From the IMG/VR virus record IMGVR_UViG_2563366830_000015: 8,654 bases of DNA. One strand, 5' to 3'. The position numbers were made by a program, and so were the translations under genes. The stretch's first letter is position 1. Every line of letters starts with the position of its first letter. A model generated the notes under the pieces. That model saw only the letters and a list, made by a program, of their open reading frames with translations. It searched no databases and was not told the DNA's origin. This stretch comes from a virus. Its lineage: Duplodnaviria > Heunggongvirae > Uroviricota > Caudoviricetes. Below, piece by piece: positions 1 to 8,111 of this stretch.

Positions 1-291
1 GCCGGTGGTTTTTCTGCCACCACGATGCTGTTTTCACTGGGGGCCAGCATGATACTGGGCGGTGTGGCCCAGATGCTGGCCCCGAAGGCAAAAACACCGG
101 ATTACCGCGCAACGGATAACGGCAGACAGAACACGTACTTTTCCTCGCTGGATAACATGATTGCCCAGGGGAACCCGATGCCGGTGCCTTACGGGGAAAT
201 GCTGGTTGGCTCCCGCCGTATATCCCAGGACATCAGCACCCGTGATGAAGGCGGGGGCGGAAAGGTCGTGGTTATCGGGCGGCAGGGGTAA
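1..291 (+). CDS. I: Tail assembly protein I (lambda gpI-like), C-terminal part; 5' end lies upstream of the window
   Basis: Frame 1 is open from base 1 to TAA at 289-291. The translation (...MLFSLGASMILGGVAQMLAPKAKTP...TDNGRQNTYFSSLDNMIAQGN...VVVIGRQG) matches the C-terminus of lambda gpI as I recall it. It sits directly upstream of J, as in lambda. Confidence 0.85.
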   Translation, partial: AGGFSATTMLFSLGASMILGGVAQMLAPKAKTPDYRATDNGRQNTYFSSLDNMIAQGNPMPVPYGEMLVGSRRISQDISTRDEGGGGKVVVIGRQG

Positions 292-298
292 AAAGAAT

Positions 299-337
299 AA
301 AAAAATCCCGCAGTGATCGCGGACAGGAACTGCGGGA
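299..337 (-). terminator. Candidate intrinsic terminator on the minus strand (8-bp GC-rich stem plus U-tract)
   Basis: Plus-strand TCCCGCAG (306-313) and CTGCGGGA (330-337) form an inverted repeat around a 16-nt loop. On the minus strand the stem is followed by TTTTTTTATTCTTTTT (complement of 305-291). There is no T-tract on the plus-strand side, so it is oriented for leftward transcription. Confidence 0.4.
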
Positions 338-395
338 GAGTTACGAAGATTAAGTGTAAGGAATTATTCTTATATCACGACAAAAAAATTAACGC
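299..395 (-). ncRNA. Candidate ~95-nt antisense small RNA (hypothetical; defined only by promoter and terminator)
   Basis: The region between the predicted minus-strand start (~395) and the minus-strand terminator (337-299) contains no ATG on the minus strand, so no protein can be encoded. It sits in an AT-rich spacer absent from the compact lambda I-J junction as I recall it. No family assignment is possible by eye. Confidence 0.25.
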
Positions 396-401
396 AGAGA
401 A

Positions 402-430
402 ATTATACGCGCCACAGTCAGTTTGTGAAA
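402..430 (-). promoter_or_regulatory. Candidate sigma70 promoter on the minus strand (TTCACA - 16 bp - TATAAT)
   Basis: Reverse complement of 391-430 reads TTTCACAAACTGACTGTGGCGCGTATAATTTCTCTGCGTT. The -10 is a perfect TATAAT (plus 407-402); the -35 TTCACA (plus 429-424) is 5/6 to consensus with a 16-bp spacer. An AT-rich tract lies upstream on the minus strand (plus 431-460). Confidence 0.35.
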
Positions 431-504
431 ATGTGAAGATATTCAGAATTTTTATGCCATTACCGGTTTTAACCAACAGGATTATCGGTGGGCATGAAAG
501 AAAA

Positions 505-537
505 CCCCGGTATCTGCTGATACCGGGGTTTCTCTTT
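505..537. terminator. Bidirectional intrinsic terminator-like hairpin (10-bp stem, 4-nt loop) between I and J
   Basis: CCCCGGTATC (505-514), loop TGCT, GATACCGGGG (519-528) is a perfect 10-bp stem. It is flanked by AAAGAAAA (497-504) upstream and TTTCTCTTT (529-537) downstream, so a U-rich tract follows the stem on either strand. Confidence 0.5.
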
Positions 538-634
538 AGCATGGCAGAAATGTGTTTCATGCTTTTCGGGCGAAGGATATCCGACTTCTGTACGGAATGG
601 CAAGTGGCGGTTAATTTATTCAGGGGAAGGCTGT

Positions 635-3600
635 ATGGGAAAAGGTGGCGGTAAGGCACACACGCCTCGTGAGGCGAAGGATAATCTCAAATCCACGCAG
701 ATGATGAGTGTGATTGATGCGATTGGTGAGGGACCGATAGAAGGTCCGGTGAAGGGACTGCAGAGTATTCTGGTGAACAAAACCCCGCTGACGGACACGG
801 ACGGTAATCCCGTGATACACGGTGTGACTGCGGTCTGGCGTGCCGGGGAGCAGGAGCAGACACCACCGGAAGGCTTTGAGTCCTCCGGTGCTGAAACCGG
901 ACTGGGCGTGGAAGTGACGAAGGCAAAACCGGTGACGCGCACCATTACGTCCGCGAACATTGACCGCCTGCGGGTTACCTTCGGAGTGCAGTCACTGGTG
1001 CAGACCACGTCAAAGGGCGACCGTAATCCTTCCTCTGTCCGGATTCTGATTCAGTTACAGCGTAATGGCCGCTGGGTGACGGAAAAGGACGTCACCATTA
1101 ACGGCAAGACCACCTCACAGTTCCTGGCCTCGGTGATTCTGGATAATCTGCCTCCCCGGCCCTTTAACATCCGGATGGTCAGGGAGACGGCGGACAGCAC
1201 CACGGACCAGCTGCAGAATAAGACGCTGTGGTCGTCATACACTGAAATCATCGATGTGAAACAGTGCTACCCGAACACGGCCATTGTGGGGCTGCAGGTG
1301 GATGCGGAGCAGTTCGGCGGCCAGCAGATGACGGTGAACTACCATATCCGCGGTCGCATCATCCAGGTGCCGTCAAACTATGACCCGGTAAAACGCACGT
1401 ACAGTGGTATCTGGGACGGCAGTCTGAAACCGGCATACAGCAACAACCCGGCCTGGTGCCTGTGGGACATGCTGACTCACCCGCGCTACGGCATGGGAAA
1501 ACGTCTGGGGGCGGCGGATGTGGACAAGTGGGCGCTGTATGCCATCGGGCAGTACTGCGACCAGACGGTCCCGGATGGTTTCGGGGGGACCGAGCCGCGG
1601 ATGACCTTTAATGCGTACCTGGCACAACAGCGTAAGGCGTGGGACGTTCTCAGTGATTTCTGCTCTGCGATGCGCTGTATGCCGGTATGGAACGGCCAGA
1701 CGCTGACGTTCGTTCAGGACCGCCCGTCGGATGTGGTGTGGCCGTACACCAACAGCGATGTGGTGGTGGATGATAACGGCGTGGGATTCCGCTACAGCTT
1801 CAGTGCCCTGAAGGACCGGCACACGGCGGTGGAGGTGAATTACACCGACCCGCAGAACGGCTGGCAGACCTCCACGGAACTGGTGGAAGACCCGGAAGCC
1901 ATACTGCGCTACGGACGCAACCTGCTGAAGATGGACGCGTTCGGCTGTACCAGCCGCGGTCAGGCCCACCGTGCCGGACTGTGGGTGATAAAGACCGAAC
2001 TGCTGGAAACGCAGACGGTGGATTTCACGCTCGGGTCTCAGGGGCTGCGGCACACACCCGGTGACATCATTGAAATCTGTGATAACGACTATGCCGGGAC
2101 CCTGACCGGCGGACGTGTCCTGTCCATTGATGCTGCCACCCGCACCCTGACGCTGGACCGTGAAGTGACACTTCCGGAGACCGGTGCCGCCACGGTGAAC
2201 CTGATTAACGGCAGCGGTAAGCCGGTGAGTGTGGACATCACCGCACACCCCGCGCCGGACCGGATACAGGTCAGTACCCTGCCTGATGGTGTGGAGACAT
2301 ACGGGGTGTGGGGACTCTCCCTGCCGTCACTGCGCCGTCGCCTGTTCCGCTGTGTCTCCGTCCGGGAAAACACGGACGGCACCTTTGCCATCACGGCGGT
2401 GCAGCACGTACCGGAAAAAGAAGCCATCGTGGATAACGGTGCCCGCTTTGAGCCGCAGTCAGGTTCCCTGAACAGCGTCATCCCACCGGCAGTGCAGCAC
2501 CTGACGGTGGAGGTGAGCGCAGCTGACGGACAGTATCTGGCGCAGGCGAAATGGGACACGCCGCGGGTGGTGAAGGGTGTGCGCTTCAGTCTGCGCCTGA
2601 CCAGTGGTAAGGGAACGGATGCCAGACTGGTGACCACCGCCATCACCGCAGACACGGAGCACCGTTTCAGCGGCCTGCCGCTCGGGGAATACACCCTGAC
2701 GGTGCGGGCGATAAACAGCTATGGCCAGCAGGGTGAACCTGCCACCACCACATTCCGGATTGCCGCACCGGCAGCACCGTCGCGGATTGAGCTGACGCCG
2801 GGCTATTTTCAGATAACGGCGGTCCCGCGTCTTGCGGTGTATGACCCGACGGTACAGTTTGAGTTCTGGTTCTCGGAAAAGCGGATTGCGGATATCAGGC
2901 AGGTTGAAACCGCAGCCCGCTATCTTGGCTCGGCGCTGTACTGGATAGCTGCCAGTATCAATATCAAACCGGGCCATGATTATTATTTTTACATCCGCAG
3001 TGTGAACACCGTTGGCAAATCGGCATTTGTGGAGGCTGTTGGCCAGCCGAGTGATGATGCATCCGGCTATCTGAATTTTTTCAAAGGAGAGATAGGGAAA
3101 ACCCATCTGGCTCAGGAGTTGTGGACGCAGATTGATAACGGTCAGCTTGCGCCTGACCTGGCTGAAATCAGGACGTCCATTACGGATGTCAGCAATGAAA
3201 TCACGCAGACCGTCAATAAAAAACTGGAAAATCAGAGTGCGGCAATCCAGCAGATACAGAAGGTTCAGGTTGATACAAATAATAATCTGAACAGCATGTG
3301 GGCTGTGAAGCTGCAGCAGATGCAGGACGGACGCCTTTATATTGCGGGTATCGGTGCCGGTATTGAGAATACGCCAGCAGGAATGCAGAGTCAGGTGCTG
3401 CTGGCGGCAGACAGGATTGCGATGATTAATCCTGCGAATGGCAACACAAAGCCGATGTTTGTTGGTCAGGGCGATCAGATATTCATGAACGACGTGTTCC
3501 TGAAACGCCTGACGGCTCCCACCATTACCAGCGGCGGTAATCCTCCGGCATTTTCCCTGACACCGGACGGAAAACTGACCGCTAAAAATGCAGATATCAG

Positions 3601-4108
3601 TGGCAGTGTGAATGCGAACGCCGGGACGCTCAACAATGTCACAATTAATGAGAACTGTCAGATTAAGGGGAAACTGTCAGCCAACCAGATTGAAGGCGAT
3701 ATAGTCAAAACAGTGGGTAAGGCTTTTCCGCGGGACTCCCGGGCACCGGAGCGGTGGCCATCAGGGACCATTACCGTCAGGATTTATGACGATCAGCCTT
3801 TTGACAGGCAAATTGTTATTCCGGCGGTGGCATTCAGCGGCGCTAAACATGAGCGGGAGAATAACGATATTTATTCGTCATGCCGCCTGATAGTACGGAA
3901 AAACGGTGCTGAAATTTATAACCGTACCGCGCTGGATAATACGCTGATTTACAGTGGTGTTATTGATATGCCTGCTGGTCGCGGCCACATGACGCTGGAG
4001 TTTTCTGTATCAGCATGGTGGGTAAATGGCTGGTATCCCACAGCAAGTATCAGCGATTTGCTGGTTGTTGTGATGAAGAAAGCCACTGCAGGCATCACGA
4101 TTAGCTGA
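635..4108 (+). CDS. J: Tail tip / host specificity protein J (lambda gpJ family), 1157 aa
   Basis: Single long ORF with ATG at 635 preceded by GGGGAAGG (624-631) as a ribosome-binding site. An in-frame TGA at 518-520 and no alternative start in between fix the start. The N-terminus ([22 protein letters not shown]...) and long conserved blocks (e.g. [108 protein letters not shown]) match lambda J as recalled. Confidence 0.95.
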   Translation: MGKGGGKAHTPREAKDNLKSTQMMSVIDAIGEGPIEGPVKGLQSILVNKTPLTDTDGNPVIHGVTAVWRAGEQEQTPPEGFESSGAETGLGVEVTKAKPVTRTITSANIDRLRVTFGVQSLVQTTSKGDRNPSSVRILIQLQRNGRWVTEKDVTINGKTTSQFLASVILDNLPPRPFNIRMVRETADSTTDQLQNKTLWSSYTEIIDVKQCYPNTAIVGLQVDAEQFGGQQMTVNYHIRGRIIQVPSNYDPVKRTYSGIWDGSLKPAYSNNPAWCLWDMLTHPRYGMGKRLGAADVDKWALYAIGQYCDQTVPDGFGGTEPRMTFNAYLAQQRKAWDVLSDFCSAMRCMPVWNGQTLTFVQDRPSDVVWPYTNSDVVVDDNGVGFRYSFSALKDRHTAVEVNYTDPQNGWQTSTELVEDPEAILRYGRNLLKMDAFGCTSRGQAHRAGLWVIKTELLETQTVDFTLGSQGLRHTPGDIIEICDNDYAGTLTGGRVLSIDAATRTLTLDREVTLPETGAATVNLINGSGKPVSVDITAHPAPDRIQVSTLPDGVETYGVWGLSLPSLRRRLFRCVSVRENTDGTFAITAVQHVPEKEAIVDNGARFEPQSGSLNSVIPPAVQHLTVEVSAADGQYLAQAKWDTPRVVKGVRFSLRLTSGKGTDARLVTTAITADTEHRFSGLPLGEYTLTVRAINSYGQQGEPATTTFRIAAPAAPSRIELTPGYFQITAVPRLAVYDPTVQFEFWFSEKRIADIRQVETAARYLGSALYWIAASINIKPGHDYYFYIRSVNTVGKSAFVEAVGQPSDDASGYLNFFKGEIGKTHLAQELWTQIDNGQLAPDLAEIRTSITDVSNEITQTVNKKLENQSAAIQQIQKVQVDTNNNLNSMWAVKLQQMQDGRLYIAGIGAGIENTPAGMQSQVLLAADRIAMINPANGNTKPMFVGQGDQIFMNDVFLKRLTAPTITSGGNPPAFSLTPDGKLTAKNADISGSVNANAGTLNNVTINENCQIKGKLSANQIEGDIVKTVGKAFPRDSRAPERWPSGTITVRIYDDQPFDRQIVIPAVAFSGAKHERENNDIYSSCRLIVRKNGAEIYNRTALDNTLIYSGVIDMPAGRGHMTLEFSVSAWWVNGWYPTASISDLLVVVMKKATAGITIS

Positions 4109-4127
4109 ATTTTATAACCCCAATACG

Positions 4128-4154
4128 GGCGCCAGAAATGGCGCCTTTTTTATT
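4128..4154 (+). terminator. Intrinsic terminator downstream of J
   Basis: GGCGCC (4128-4133), loop AGAAAT, GGCGCC (4140-4145), followed by TTTTTTATT (4146-4154). Classic GC stem plus T-run, 20 nt after the J stop codon. Confidence 0.7.
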
Positions 4155-4175
4155 GCAGAAAAGCGAGAGGTAATT

Positions 4176-4775
4176 ATGCGTAAAGTTTGTGCAGCCATTT
4201 TGTCCGCAGCAATCTGTCTGTCTGCCTCCGGTACGCCAGCGTGCGCGGCAGAACATCAGTCCACACTGAGCGCGGGGTATCTTCATGCCCGCACGGATAC
4301 TCCCGGCAGCGATAATCTGAACGGGATTAACGTGAAATACCGTTATGAGTTTACGGACGCGCTGGGGCTGATTACGTCCTTCAGTTATGCCAATGCTGAG
4401 GATGAGCAAAAAACGCACTACAGCGATACCCGCTGGCATGAAGATTCCGTGCGTAACCGCTGGTTCAGCGTGATGGCGGGGCCGTCTGTACGCGTGAATG
4501 AATGGTTCAGCGCGTATGCGATGGTGGGTGTGGCTTACAGCCGTGTGTCGACTTTCTCCGGGGATTATCTCCGCGTAACTGACAACAAGGGGAAAACGCA
4601 CGATGTGCTGACCGGAAGTGATGACGGTCGCCACAGCAACACGTCTCTGGCGTGGGGGGCTGGCGTGCAGTTTAACCCGACCGAATCCGTAACCATTGAC
4701 CTTGCTTATGAAGGTTCCGGTAGTGGCGACTGGCGAACGGATGCATTTATTGTTGGTATCGGATACCGTTTCTGA
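4176..4775 (+). CDS. lom: Lom outer membrane protein (Ail/Lom/PagC family beta-barrel), 199 aa
   Basis: ATG at 4176 is preceded by GAGAGG as a ribosome-binding site. The N-terminus MRKVCAAILSAAICLSASGTPACA looks like a signal peptide. Blocks such as STLSAGYLHA, NLNGINVKYRYEFTD, RWFSVMAGPSVRVNEWFSAYAM, SLAWGAGVQFNPTESV and a terminal aromatic residue (...GYRF) match lambda Lom and Ail-family proteins as recalled. Confidence 0.95.
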   Translation: MRKVCAAILSAAICLSASGTPACAAEHQSTLSAGYLHARTDTPGSDNLNGINVKYRYEFTDALGLITSFSYANAEDEQKTHYSDTRWHEDSVRNRWFSVMAGPSVRVNEWFSAYAMVGVAYSRVSTFSGDYLRVTDNKGKTHDVLTGSDDGRHSNTSLAWGAGVQFNPTESVTIDLAYEGSGSGDWRTDAFIVGIGYRF

Positions 4776-4879
4776 CAACAGACGCCGATTTATCTTCTGT
4801 AAATATTGTTATGATACGCAGGTTCATCCGCCTTATGGGGTGAACTGCGTTTGAGGAAACGTAAAGTTACACTGTCCTG

Positions 4880-4916
4880 AAGCCCGTGGCGTCACTGCTG
4901 CGGGCTTTTTTTATTG
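4880..4916 (+). terminator. Intrinsic terminator-like hairpin 105 bp downstream of lom, immediately upstream of stf
   Basis: AAGCCCG (4880-4886) pairs with CGGGCTT (4901-4907) across a 14-nt loop, followed by a T-run (TTTTTTTATT, to 4916). The stf ribosome-binding site GGTGGA (4916-4921) and ATG 4927 follow. Confidence 0.6.
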
Positions 4917-4926
4917 GTGGAAAAGT

Positions 4927-7900
4927 ATGACAGTAAAAATTTCTGGCGTGCTTAAAGATGGCACAGGAAAACCAGTACAGAACTGCACCATTGTGCTGAA
5001 GGCCAGACGAACCAGCAGCACGGTGGTGGTGAACACGGTGGCCTCTGAAAATCCGGATGAAGCCGGACGTTACAGCATGGATGTTGAGCATGGCCAGTAC
5101 AGCGTCACCCTGCTGGTTGAAGGTTTTCCGCCTTCACATGCCGGGACCATTACCGTCTATGAAGGTTCCAGACCAGGTACGCTGAATGATTTTCTCGGTG
5201 CCATGACGGAGGATGATGTCCGACCGGAGGCACTGCGCCGCTTTGAGCAGATGGTGGAAGAGGTGTCACGTAACGCCTCCGCGGTTGCACAGAATACGGC
5301 AGCCGCGAAAAAATCAGCCAGCGATGCCAGTGCATCAGCCAGCGAGGCGGCAACTCATGCAACCGATGCTGCAGCCTCAGCACGTGCCGCCAGCACGTCA
5401 GCCGGACAGGCCGCGTCGTCGGCTCAGTCAGCGTCTTCCAGCGCAGGAACGGCATCGACAAAGGCCCGTGAAGCAGCAAAAAGTGCTGCTGCTGCAGAGT
5501 CATCAAAAAGCGCGGCAGCTACCAGCGCCAGTGCCGCGAAAACGTCAGAAACGAATGCCGCAGCATCACAAAAATCGGCAGCCACTTCTGCATCCACAGC
5601 GACCACGAAGGCGTCAGAAGCTGCCACCTCGGCACGGGGTGCGGCGGCCTCAAAAGAGGCAGCGAAATCTTCAGAAACGAATGCATCATCAAGTGCCAGT
5701 AGTGCAGCTTCCTCGGCAACGGCGGCAGGAAATTCCGCGAAGGCGGCAAAAACGTCCGAGACGAACGCTAAGTCTTCTGAAACAGCAGCGGGACAGAGCG
5801 CCTCAGCTGCGGCAGGTTCAAAAACAGCGGCTGCATTATCTGCCAGTGCCGCGTCAACAAGTGCCGGGCAGGCCTCAGCCAGTGCCACCGCCGCCGGAAA
5901 ATCGGCAGAAAGCGCCGCATCATCCGCTTCAACAGCCACAACGAAGGCTGGCAAAGCCACTGAGCAAGCCACTGCAGCAGCGAGGTCTGCTTCTGCAGCA
6001 AAAACCTCTGAAACAAATGCAAAGACTTCAGCAGACAATGCTGCTTCCTCTAAGGCGGCAGCCGCATCGTCAGCCAGTTCAGCGGCGTCATCGGCATCAT
6101 CTGCGTCTGCTTCAAAGGATGAGGCGACCAGACAAGCGTCAGCAGCGAAAGGTAGTGCCACGACAGCAACAACGAAAGCATCAGAGGCGGCAGGCAGTGC
6201 GACGGCTGCATCTCAGAGCAAAGTTGCTGCTGAATCCGCGGCAACGCGCGCCGAGACAGCAGCAAAACGGGCAGAGGATATTGCATCCGCCGTGGCGCTG
6301 GAGGATGCGAGCACGACGAAAAAGGGGATAGTACAGCTCAGCAGTGCAACAAACAGCACCAGTGAAAAGCTGGCGGCAACGCCAAAGGCAGTTAAAACTG
6401 TTAAAGATAGTTCAGTTCAAAAAACTGGCGACACAATGGGAGGGCAGTTAAAAATCAGCACGATAAATGCTCTTCGAATATTCAACCAAGCCTTTGGCCT
6501 TATTTTTAGGCGTTCCGAAGATCATCTTCATCTTATTCCGACTAATGAAGGGGAGGGGGAAAATGGAGACATCGGTTCATTAAGACCATTCTCTATAAAC
6601 TTAAGATCAGGGTTGGTGTCCATCGGTAATGGACTAAAAGTTGGTGGTAGTGTTACTGGTAATTTGACCGGAAACGCAGATACTGCGACCAAGATCAAGA
6701 CAGCACGTAAGATTGGGGGCGTGGCATTTGATGGATCGGCAGATATCAACTTGCCTGGAGTCAACGCTACCGGTAATCAAAACACTACAGGTAATGCTGC
6801 GACCGCCACGAAACTTCAGGCAGCCAGAACGATTAACGGTGTGTCATTTGATGGTAGTGCAAATATCACATTGACCCCTTCAAATATTGGGGCATTGGCA
6901 TTAACTGGAGGGACTCTTTCAGGTGGTTTAACTGCTGCTGGTGAGGTTATTTCAAGGTCAGCAAATGGTCTGCGTATTGCCTATGGCAACTATGGATTCT
7001 TTATCCGAAATGATGGATCAAACACATATTTTATGTTGACAGATTCGGGTAACAGTCTTGGTACGCACAATAGCTTAAGGCCGTTTATAATTAGTAACCA
7101 TACTGGCAATGTTACAATTGCAACTAAATTAAACGCGAGTGGTGGTATCACTGGATCTTTATCGGGTAATGCAAGCACAGCAACCAAATTGCAAACTGCA
7201 AGGACAATTAACGGCGTAAAATTTGACGGCTCGGCAAATATTGAAGCGTTTCCGCCAGGTGTTCCGCTGCCGTGGCCATCAGATACACCACCTGCAGGTT
7301 ATGCGATCATGCAGGGGCAGACGTTTGATAAGGCAGCATATCCGAAACTGGCTATTGCCTATCCTTCAGGTGTTATTCCAGATATGCGCGGCTGGACAAT
7401 CAAGGGCAAACCCGCCAGTGGCCGGGCCGTATTGTCTCAGGAACAGGACGGCATAAAATCGCACACCCACAGCGCCAGCGCATCCAGTACGGATTTGGGG
7501 ACGAAAACCACATCGTCGTTTGATTACGGCACTAAATCCACGAATAACACCGGGGCGCATACGCACAGTCTGAGTGGCTCTACGGGGTCTGCCGGTGTTC
7601 ATACTCATGGTAATGGTATTCGTTGGCCAGGAGGCGGCGGTTCTGCGTTAGCATTTTATGATGGCGGTGGGTTCACTTATGTCCAGAATTCACAGTATCA
7701 AGTAAGCCCGGAGACTTCTTCCTATAGATCGTATTATCAACGTATTCAGACACAGTCAGCAGGTGCTCATACCCACTCGCTGTCTGGTACTGCAGCAAGT
7801 TCTGGCGCACATGCACATACTGTAGGTATTGGTGCGCATACGCACTCCGTTGCGATTGGTTCACATGGACACACCATCACCGTTAACGCTGCGGGTAACG

Positions 7901-7953
7901 CGGAAAACACCGTCAAAAACATCGCATTTAACTATATTGTGAGGCTTGCATAA
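4927..7953 (+). CDS. stf: Side tail fibre protein Stf (lambda Stf / orf-401 family), 1008 aa, with expanded Ala/Ser/Thr-rich repeat region and fibre-repeat modules
   Basis: The N-terminus ([22 protein letters not shown]...[14 protein letters not shown]...[13 protein letters not shown]) and C-terminus (...[50 protein letters not shown]...[31 protein letters not shown]) match lambda Stf as recalled. The stop TAA 7951-7953 overlaps the ATG of tfa (TAATG). Confidence 0.9.
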   Translation: MTVKISGVLKDGTGKPVQNCTIVLKARRTSSTVVVNTVASENPDEAGRYSMDVEHGQYSVTLLVEGFPPSHAGTITVYEGSRPGTLNDFLGAMTEDDVRPEALRRFEQMVEEVSRNASAVAQNTAAAKKSASDASASASEAATHATDAAASARAASTSAGQAASSAQSASSSAGTASTKAREAAKSAAAAESSKSAAATSASAAKTSETNAAASQKSAATSASTATTKASEAATSARGAAASKEAAKSSETNASSSASSAASSATAAGNSAKAAKTSETNAKSSETAAGQSASAAAGSKTAAALSASAASTSAGQASASATAAGKSAESAASSASTATTKAGKATEQATAAARSASAAKTSETNAKTSADNAASSKAAAASSASSAASSASSASASKDEATRQASAAKGSATTATTKASEAAGSATAASQSKVAAESAATRAETAAKRAEDIASAVALEDASTTKKGIVQLSSATNSTSEKLAATPKAVKTVKDSSVQKTGDTMGGQLKISTINALRIFNQAFGLIFRRSEDHLHLIPTNEGEGENGDIGSLRPFSINLRSGLVSIGNGLKVGGSVTGNLTGNADTATKIKTARKIGGVAFDGSADINLPGVNATGNQNTTGNAATATKLQAARTINGVSFDGSANITLTPSNIGALALTGGTLSGGLTAAGEVISRSANGLRIAYGNYGFFIRNDGSNTYFMLTDSGNSLGTHNSLRPFIISNHTGNVTIATKLNASGGITGSLSGNASTATKLQTARTINGVKFDGSANIEAFPPGVPLPWPSDTPPAGYAIMQGQTFDKAAYPKLAIAYPSGVIPDMRGWTIKGKPASGRAVLSQEQDGIKSHTHSASASSTDLGTKTTSSFDYGTKSTNNTGAHTHSLSGSTGSAGVHTHGNGIRWPGGGGSALAFYDGGGFTYVQNSQYQVSPETSSYRSYYQRIQTQSAGAHTHSLSGTAASSGAHAHTVGIGAHTHSVAIGSHGHTITVNAAGNAENTVKNIAFNYIVRLA
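5270..6295 (+). repeat. Coding low-complexity region of imperfect tandem repeats (Ala/Ser/Thr-rich, recurring AAKTSETNA-like units) within stf
   Basis: Recurrent nucleotide units (e.g. aaaacgtcagaaacgaatgc, aaatcttcagaaacgaatgc, aaaacgtccgagacgaacgc, aaaacctctgaaacaaatgc) encode K(T/S)SETNA repeatedly. Both alternate-frame ORFs across this segment are long and low-complexity, as expected for repetitive GC-rich coding DNA. Confidence 0.7.
6670..7245 (+). repeat. Three copies of a ~23-aa phage tail-fibre repeat (TATK[LI]xxAR[TK]I[NG]GVxFDGSA[ND]I) within stf
   Basis: The copies are [23 protein letters not shown] (~6678-6746), [23 protein letters not shown] (~6797-6868) and [23 protein letters not shown] (~7173-7241). 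The motif resembles the short phage tail-fibre repeat family known from fibre proteins (family name from memory). Confidence 0.6.
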
Positions 7954-8030
7954 TGGCATTCAGAATGAGTGAACAAGCACGGACCATAAAAATTTATAAT
8001 CTGCTGGCCGGAACTAATGAATTTATGTAA
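7953..8030 (+). pseudogene. tfa: Tail fibre assembly protein Tfa, truncated after 25 codons by the IS66-family insertion
   Basis: ATG 7953-7955 overlaps the stf stop. The translation [24 protein letters not shown] matches the N-terminus of lambda Tfa as recalled, then reads M-stop (ATG TAA, 8025-8030) where the sequence runs into the IS terminal repeat GTAAGCG. Confidence 0.8.
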
Positions 8031-8111
8031 GCGTAAACTGACCGCCGTATGTAGCCATCAGACGAGAATTGGTAACTTAGACGCCCATCTGATATAGACG
8101 GACATCTAAGT

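Noticed and set aside
292-634. tRNA or tmRNA gene in the I-J spacer (common prophage cargo or integration target)
   Set aside because: I could not find a cloverleaf: no acceptor-stem pairing with 3' CCA context and no T-loop GTTCxAxxC-like motif in either strand. The hairpins are better explained as terminators.
313-654. 113-aa plus-strand ORF spanning the I-J spacer
   Set aside because: It runs through both terminator-like hairpins and into the J start region, has no ribosome-binding site, is AT-rich and low-complexity, and has no recognisable protein features. Most likely a chance ORF in non-coding DNA.
375-659. 94-aa minus-strand ORF in the I-J spacer
   Set aside because: It begins inside the J start region on the opposite strand and reads across the candidate minus-strand promoter and the 505-537 hairpin. 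No ribosome-binding site and no recognisable motifs. Treated as spurious.
616-3106. Several antisense ORFs inside J (616-1008, 687-926, 1373-2248, 2089-2694, 2459-3106, all minus strand)
   Set aside because: They lie wholly within the well-supported J coding sequence on the opposite strand. Their translations are Arg/Pro/Gly/Cys-rich with no motifs, which is the usual artefact of GC-rich coding DNA read in antisense.
4101-4778. 225-aa minus-strand ORF covering all of lom
   Set aside because: It is an exact antisense shadow of the conserved lom gene and would run through the J terminator. No independent evidence.
5270-6295. Possibility that the tandem repeats are a CRISPR array or a non-coding satellite
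   Set aside because: The repeats are imperfect and of variable length, with no regular repeat-spacer periodicity, and lie inside a continuous reading frame flanked by conserved Stf sequence. They are coding repeats.
5150-6331. Alternate-frame ORFs in the stf repeat tract (5213-6331 plus, 372 aa, Arg/Gln/Pro-rich; 5424-6161 minus, 245 aa, Ala/Asp/Glu-rich; smaller ones at 5150-5506, 5519-5749, 5768-6022, 6050-6286)
   Set aside because: They are low-complexity translations of the same tandem-repeat DNA that encodes the Ala/Ser/Thr tract of Stf in the correct frame. The stf frame is continuous with lambda-like N- and C-termini, so these are repeat-induced artefacts.
6528-7608. Small ORFs inside stf (6528-6764 minus, 6990-7187 minus, 7223-7456 plus, 7366-7608 minus, 7673-7864 minus)
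   Set aside because: All are embedded in the stf coding sequence in other frames or strands, are short, and lack start-site context. Treated as chance ORFs.
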